Part shown: positions 60,881-64,000 of the stretch, piece by piece
How the letters are laid out: every line of letters starts with the position of its first letter
Position numbering within the stretch: position 1 is the first letter of the stretch
Notes under the pieces: model-generated
What the model saw: the letters and a program-made list of their open reading frames with translations, nothing else
Database searches by the model: none
What the model was told of the DNA's origin: nothing
From: Candidatus Omnitrophota bacterium
Lineage (GTDB): Bacteria; Omnitrophota; Gorgyraeia; Zapsychrales; Zapsychraceae
DNA length: 64,000 nucleotides
Direction: 5' to 3'
Assembly (NCBI GenBank): GCA_003528115.1
Contig: DOGZ01000012.1
Span: 2,095 to 66,094, forward strand
Made by a program: the position numbers and the translations under genes

Positions 60881-61276
60881 TTATTGAACAAATTTCTTTT
60901 TTCCACTTCGCTCCAACTCAAACTTCTTTCTATGTACCTCAGTCTGATACATACCACAGTCAGGACAAATAAACGCATATTTAATTTTAAAAAAGCAAAG
61001 ATTATTTCTTCGGTAACTTCTTTCTTCTTTATCGATAATAATAAAGTTGCCAGATTTAACAAACTGCTGATCTTTGTTCAAGACCTTTAATTGCCCGTCT
61101 ATTCCTACGTCTTCGTATACTCCACAATCAGCACAGGTAAGTAACTCATATCGGCTATTTGTATTTCCTGATGCCGTTTGGACCTCCCAAATGATTTTTT
61201 TGAGTGCAACGACTAATTTCTTATACTCCTTAGACTTTAAATAATCATCTTCACGATTTTTTTGTTGTGAATTCAT
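60881..61276 (-). CDS. Zinc-ribbon hypothetical protein
   Basis: Two CxxC pairs are present: CADCGVYE and CPDCGMYQ. Confidence 0.35.
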   Translation of the reverse strand: MNSQQKNREDDYLKSKEYKKLVVALKKIIWEVQTASGNTNSRYELLTCADCGVYEDVGIDGQLKVLNKDQQFVKSGNFIIIDKEERSYRRNNLCFFKIKYAFICPDCGMYQTEVHRKKFELERSGKKKFVQ

Positions 61277-61335
61277 TGTTTTTTAATTACTTCAAAAAAG
61301 TATTCTAAGGTAATGATTTTGCAAAATCAAATATT

Positions 61336-61728
61336 TCATTTATTATTTTCCCGTATTTTCTCCGCCATTTTTATCAATTCCTCCTTGCTAACGGATTTGG
61401 CCTTGGCAAAGTTCAAATCTGATATTTCAAATATAGGCACAAGATGAATATGCGCATGGGGGACTTCTAATCCAGCTATCATCACACCAATCTTTTTACA
61501 AGAAACAGATTTCTTAATCATACAGGAAACTTTCTTGGCAAAAATCATAAGACCACCCAATAAATCGTCCTCAACATCAAAAATATAATCAATTTCCTGT
61601 TTGGGTATAACCAACGTGTGTCCCGGATTTATTGGCCGTAAATCCAGGAAAGCTAAATAATTTTCATCTTCAAGAATTTTGTAACAAGGGATTTCTCCGT
61701 TAATTATTTTTGTAAATACAGTAGCCAA
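61336..61728 (-). CDS. HIT-family nucleotide hydrolase/transferase
   Basis: HAHIHLV is the histidine triad. Confidence 0.8.
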   Translation of the reverse strand: MATVFTKIINGEIPCYKILEDENYLAFLDLRPINPGHTLVIPKQEIDYIFDVEDDLLGGLMIFAKKVSCMIKKSVSCKKIGVMIAGLEVPHAHIHLVPIFEISDLNFAKAKSVSKEELIKMAEKIRENNK

Positions 61729-61891
61729 TTCTATTCCTAAATCACCCCGGGGGGAACGTCAATCTGTATAATATTTTTTTCTGAATATACTCGACATCTT
61801 TTTCTGGGTCTTTTCCATATAAAACAAAAATATTATAATTTCGTTTCCGGGTTTTTTCCATTAAATACATTATTTTTTTATTACAAAAAAA

Positions 61892-62686
61892 TTAATTATA
61901 AAATTCACCAGCGGGTTTAGGGAATTGCCCTTTAAGAGCATTTTCAACAAGAGCTTTAACCTCTTCGCTGAAATTTGCCGAAATAATCCATTCTAAATAT
62001 TTTGAATCCTTTTTAACAATTTCCTGCAAACTATATTGTTTGGCATATTTTCCAAACATCATATATAACTTTCCATTCCACCACCGAAATTTCTTTTCTC
62101 CATCAAAAAATTCAACATTATTTTTGTAATTAAACGAACCCAATATCTTGATATCATCCTCGCCTTTACCGTATTTAAATGCTTGTGCGGAAAGAATTTC
62201 AAGAGTCGCCTCGGTATCTGCTAACGCAGAGTGCGCGTTCCCCAGATTTTTATTACAATAAAATTTATAAGCTGAGGAAAGATCCCTTTTTTCATTCAGA
62301 TGATAAACCTTTTGAGCGTCGTATATCTTAAGTTTTTGCCAATTAAATTTCAATCCAACCTCAACCAACTCTCTTTCTAATAAAGGCAAATCAAACCTCT
62401 CAATATTAAAGCCAGCCAAATCAGCTGAGCCGATGAAATTCAAAACCTCATTACCAATATCTTTAAACACTGGCGCTAGATGGACATCATCATCCACGAT
62501 CCCTGTTAATTCACTGACTATTTTCGGTATTGGGATTTGCGGATTAACTCTTTTGTCATAAACTTCTTTTTTCCCATCAACAAAACATTTGATCATTGCA
62601 ATTTCAATGATTTTATCTTTTTCAATCCATGTTCCAGTTGTTTCAAGATCTAAGATAACCAGCGTATTAGAAAACATCATAAACAA
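61892..62686 (-). CDS. DEDDh 3'-5' exonuclease (DnaQ / RNase T-like) with a roughly 90-aa C-terminal extension
   Basis: Exo motif I is ILDLETTG. Exo motif II is FNIERFDLPLL. Exo motif III is HSALADTEA. Confidence 0.8.
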   Translation of the reverse strand: MFMMFSNTLVILDLETTGTWIEKDKIIEIAMIKCFVDGKKEVYDKRVNPQIPIPKIVSELTGIVDDDVHLAPVFKDIGNEVLNFIGSADLAGFNIERFDLPLLERELVEVGLKFNWQKLKIYDAQKVYHLNEKRDLSSAYKFYCNKNLGNAHSALADTEATLEILSAQAFKYGKGEDDIKILGSFNYKNNVEFFDGEKKFRWWNGKLYMMFGKYAKQYSLQEIVKKDSKYLEWIISANFSEEVKALVENALKGQFPKPAGEFYN

Positions 62687-62698
62687 ATCCTTTTTAGG

Positions 62699-63724
62699 TC
62701 AATATTTAGCACCTTTTTTAATTAATAGATCTATAATCTCTTGATTATTAGACTTAACCGCGAGCATCAGTGGTGTCATACGATATTTATCTGTGATGTT
62801 CGTATTCGCCCCATGCTCTAGGAGAAGATTAACAACAGCCACTTGGTTTGGAAATTCCTCATTGGAATTTGAAATGGCCTCACTGAGGGCGGTATAACCG
62901 TTTGTCCCTATGATATTAACATCAGCACCGTTCTTGATAAAAAGATTAACAAAGTCAAGATGCCCCCACCAACTTGCCTCCATCAATAGCGTTTTTCCAG
63001 AAGATGCACTAAGACGGTTAATTTCAATTCCCTTTGAAAGAAGATATTCAACTATTTGAACATGTCCTCCTCGTACAGATTTGTAAATGGTTTCTTCATT
63101 CAACTCAGATCCTTTATCAATAAGCAATTTAAGGATATCAAGATGCCCAGAGTAGGCCGCGATATCAGCACTTGTCTCTAAATCACTCCTGGAGTTGGAG
63201 GAACCTTTCTGGTGAATATCTGATCCTTTTTCAATCAACAACTCAACTAAAGATAACTGCCCCTTATATGCGGAACACATTAAGGGCGTCCAGTCCCAAT
63301 CCACCTGAATTCCGTGAATAATTCTTTTATAACCTTTAATATTTACTTCTGCTCCTGCTTCGATGAGTGCTTTGGCCGCCTCGTATCGTTCATGCATAAT
63401 GGCATTAATCAATAGACCTGTATCTTTAAAATTCGTTGGGTTAGCATGGGCGCCTTTTTCAATAAGATATTTGATAACACTGGTTTGATTTCCCATCACA
63501 GCCGCTGCTAATGCGGTATCAAGTTGTTCTTGTTGTGAGACGGTTTCTAGTAGCTTTTTCATCATTTCCAAGTTCCCGGCTCGGGCAGCAGAAAACAGGC
63601 CTCCTTCAACGTATTGTGCGTAACTGGTAGAGGCGTAAAATAAGGCAAAAAATAAATATACTCTAAAGACTTCTCGCGGGGATTTAATTATAAATAGAAA
63701 TGACTTAAGTTTGAAAGTACGCAT
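62699..63724 (-). CDS. Secreted ankyrin-repeat protein
   Basis: A signal peptide is followed by about 8 ANK repeats (..TALMEAS..GHLDFVNLFIKNGADVN..). Confidence 0.8.
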   Translation of the reverse strand: MRTFKLKSFLFIIKSPREVFRVYLFFALFYASTSYAQYVEGGLFSAARAGNLEMMKKLLETVSQQEQLDTALAAAVMGNQTSVIKYLIEKGAHANPTNFKDTGLLINAIMHERYEAAKALIEAGAEVNIKGYKRIIHGIQVDWDWTPLMCSAYKGQLSLVELLIEKGSDIHQKGSSNSRSDLETSADIAAYSGHLDILKLLIDKGSELNEETIYKSVRGGHVQIVEYLLSKGIEINRLSASSGKTLLMEASWWGHLDFVNLFIKNGADVNIIGTNGYTALSEAISNSNEEFPNQVAVVNLLLEHGANTNITDKYRMTPLMLAVKSNNQEIIDLLIKKGAKY

Positions 63725-63835
63725 AAGTGAAATGATTTGGTGATTTTAAAAGATATTTTAAATCAGCTGTAGGTTTCGGTCAAAGTAAATATCGAATATC
63801 GCATATCGAATAAGAAATCAAATTTTGTTAAAAAT

Positions 63836-63865
63836 TTGGGCAATTCATTTTAATGGTGATATACT
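63836..63865 (+). promoter_or_regulatory. Candidate sigma70-type promoter for the downstream pilT-like gene
   Basis: TTGGGC, then 18 nt, then TATACT. The start codon lies 45 nt downstream. Confidence 0.2.
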
Positions 63866-63909
63866 TTTTTTGCACTTATACATAATACTATTAAAGGAAT
63901 TTAAATAAA

Positions 63910-64000
63910 ATGGATCAAGGTAAAATTAAGGAACTATTATCATTAGCGGTACAACGTAAAGCAACGGATATTCATCTCGTCACTGGCCTTTCACCTGTCT
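63910..64000 (+). CDS. pilT: PilT-like type IV pilus retraction ATPase, N-terminal 30 aa (continues beyond the window)
   Basis: MDQGKIKELLSLAVQRKATDIHLVTGLSPV matches the PilT N-terminal consensus ...ELL..AV...ASDLHL..G.PP. Confidence 0.45.
   Translation, partial: MDQGKIKELLSLAVQRKATDIHLVTGLSPV

Overview
This 64 kb window reads as chromosomal DNA from a diderm (Gram-negative) bacterium, probably uncultivated. It carries TonB, TolC-like, AmtB and HtrA genes, and most genes lie on the minus strand. GC content by eye is about 55% over 10–20 kb and about 33% over 56.6–64 kb. Named gene symbols are family-level guesses from motifs, not orthology calls.

Housekeeping content:
- A partial acetyl-CoA synthetase at the left edge.
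- A czcCBA heavy-metal RND efflux operon followed by a P-II-like gene.
- A CysI-type sulfite reductase convergent with an FprA-type NADPH–ferredoxin reductase.
- A split transhydrogenase operon (pntAA, pntAB, pntB).
- ald, fumC, pepA, gltA, mutY, nadK, an amtB-glnK pair, and a DegP-like protease.
- An assimilatory sulfate block: cysH (APS-reductase type), cysD, and cysN fused to a degenerate APS-kinase-like domain, plus a small CbiX/SirB chelatase.

Unusual content:
1. A 9.3 kb gene (30829–40176, minus) encodes a 3115-aa signal-peptide-bearing protein built almost entirely of coiled-coil modules. I count about 35 modules, each opening with a proline-containing motif (x-P-L-E-x-x-I-x-x-L-E-x-x-L). 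It contains three near-identical 234-bp tandem repeats. An HD-GYP response regulator lies upstream and a heptose-type GHMP kinase plus an NAD-dependent sugar epimerase lie downstream.
2. A structured intergenic repeat occurs three times (17.29–17.56 kb; 25.31–25.37 kb inverted; 25.40–25.59 kb). Its core hairpin keeps pairing through a G·U change, which suggests an RNA element or a MITE.
3. A complete IS1-like insertion sequence (55283–56573) has 13–14-bp perfect terminal inverted repeats and an intact 8-bp target duplication, TAAAATTC.
4. An AT-rich 3' region (56.6–63.7 kb) encodes eukaryote-like SET-domain and ankyrin-repeat proteins, a hybrid two-component pair, a DEDDh exonuclease, and HIT, zinc-ribbon and NTF2-like small genes.
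5. Other points: an orphan AmmeMemoRadiSam radical-SAM enzyme, a Fic protein with a 4x TGTCACAG direct-repeat array at its 3' end, and an SPFH/NfeD pair.

No rRNA, tRNA or CRISPR array was recognised.
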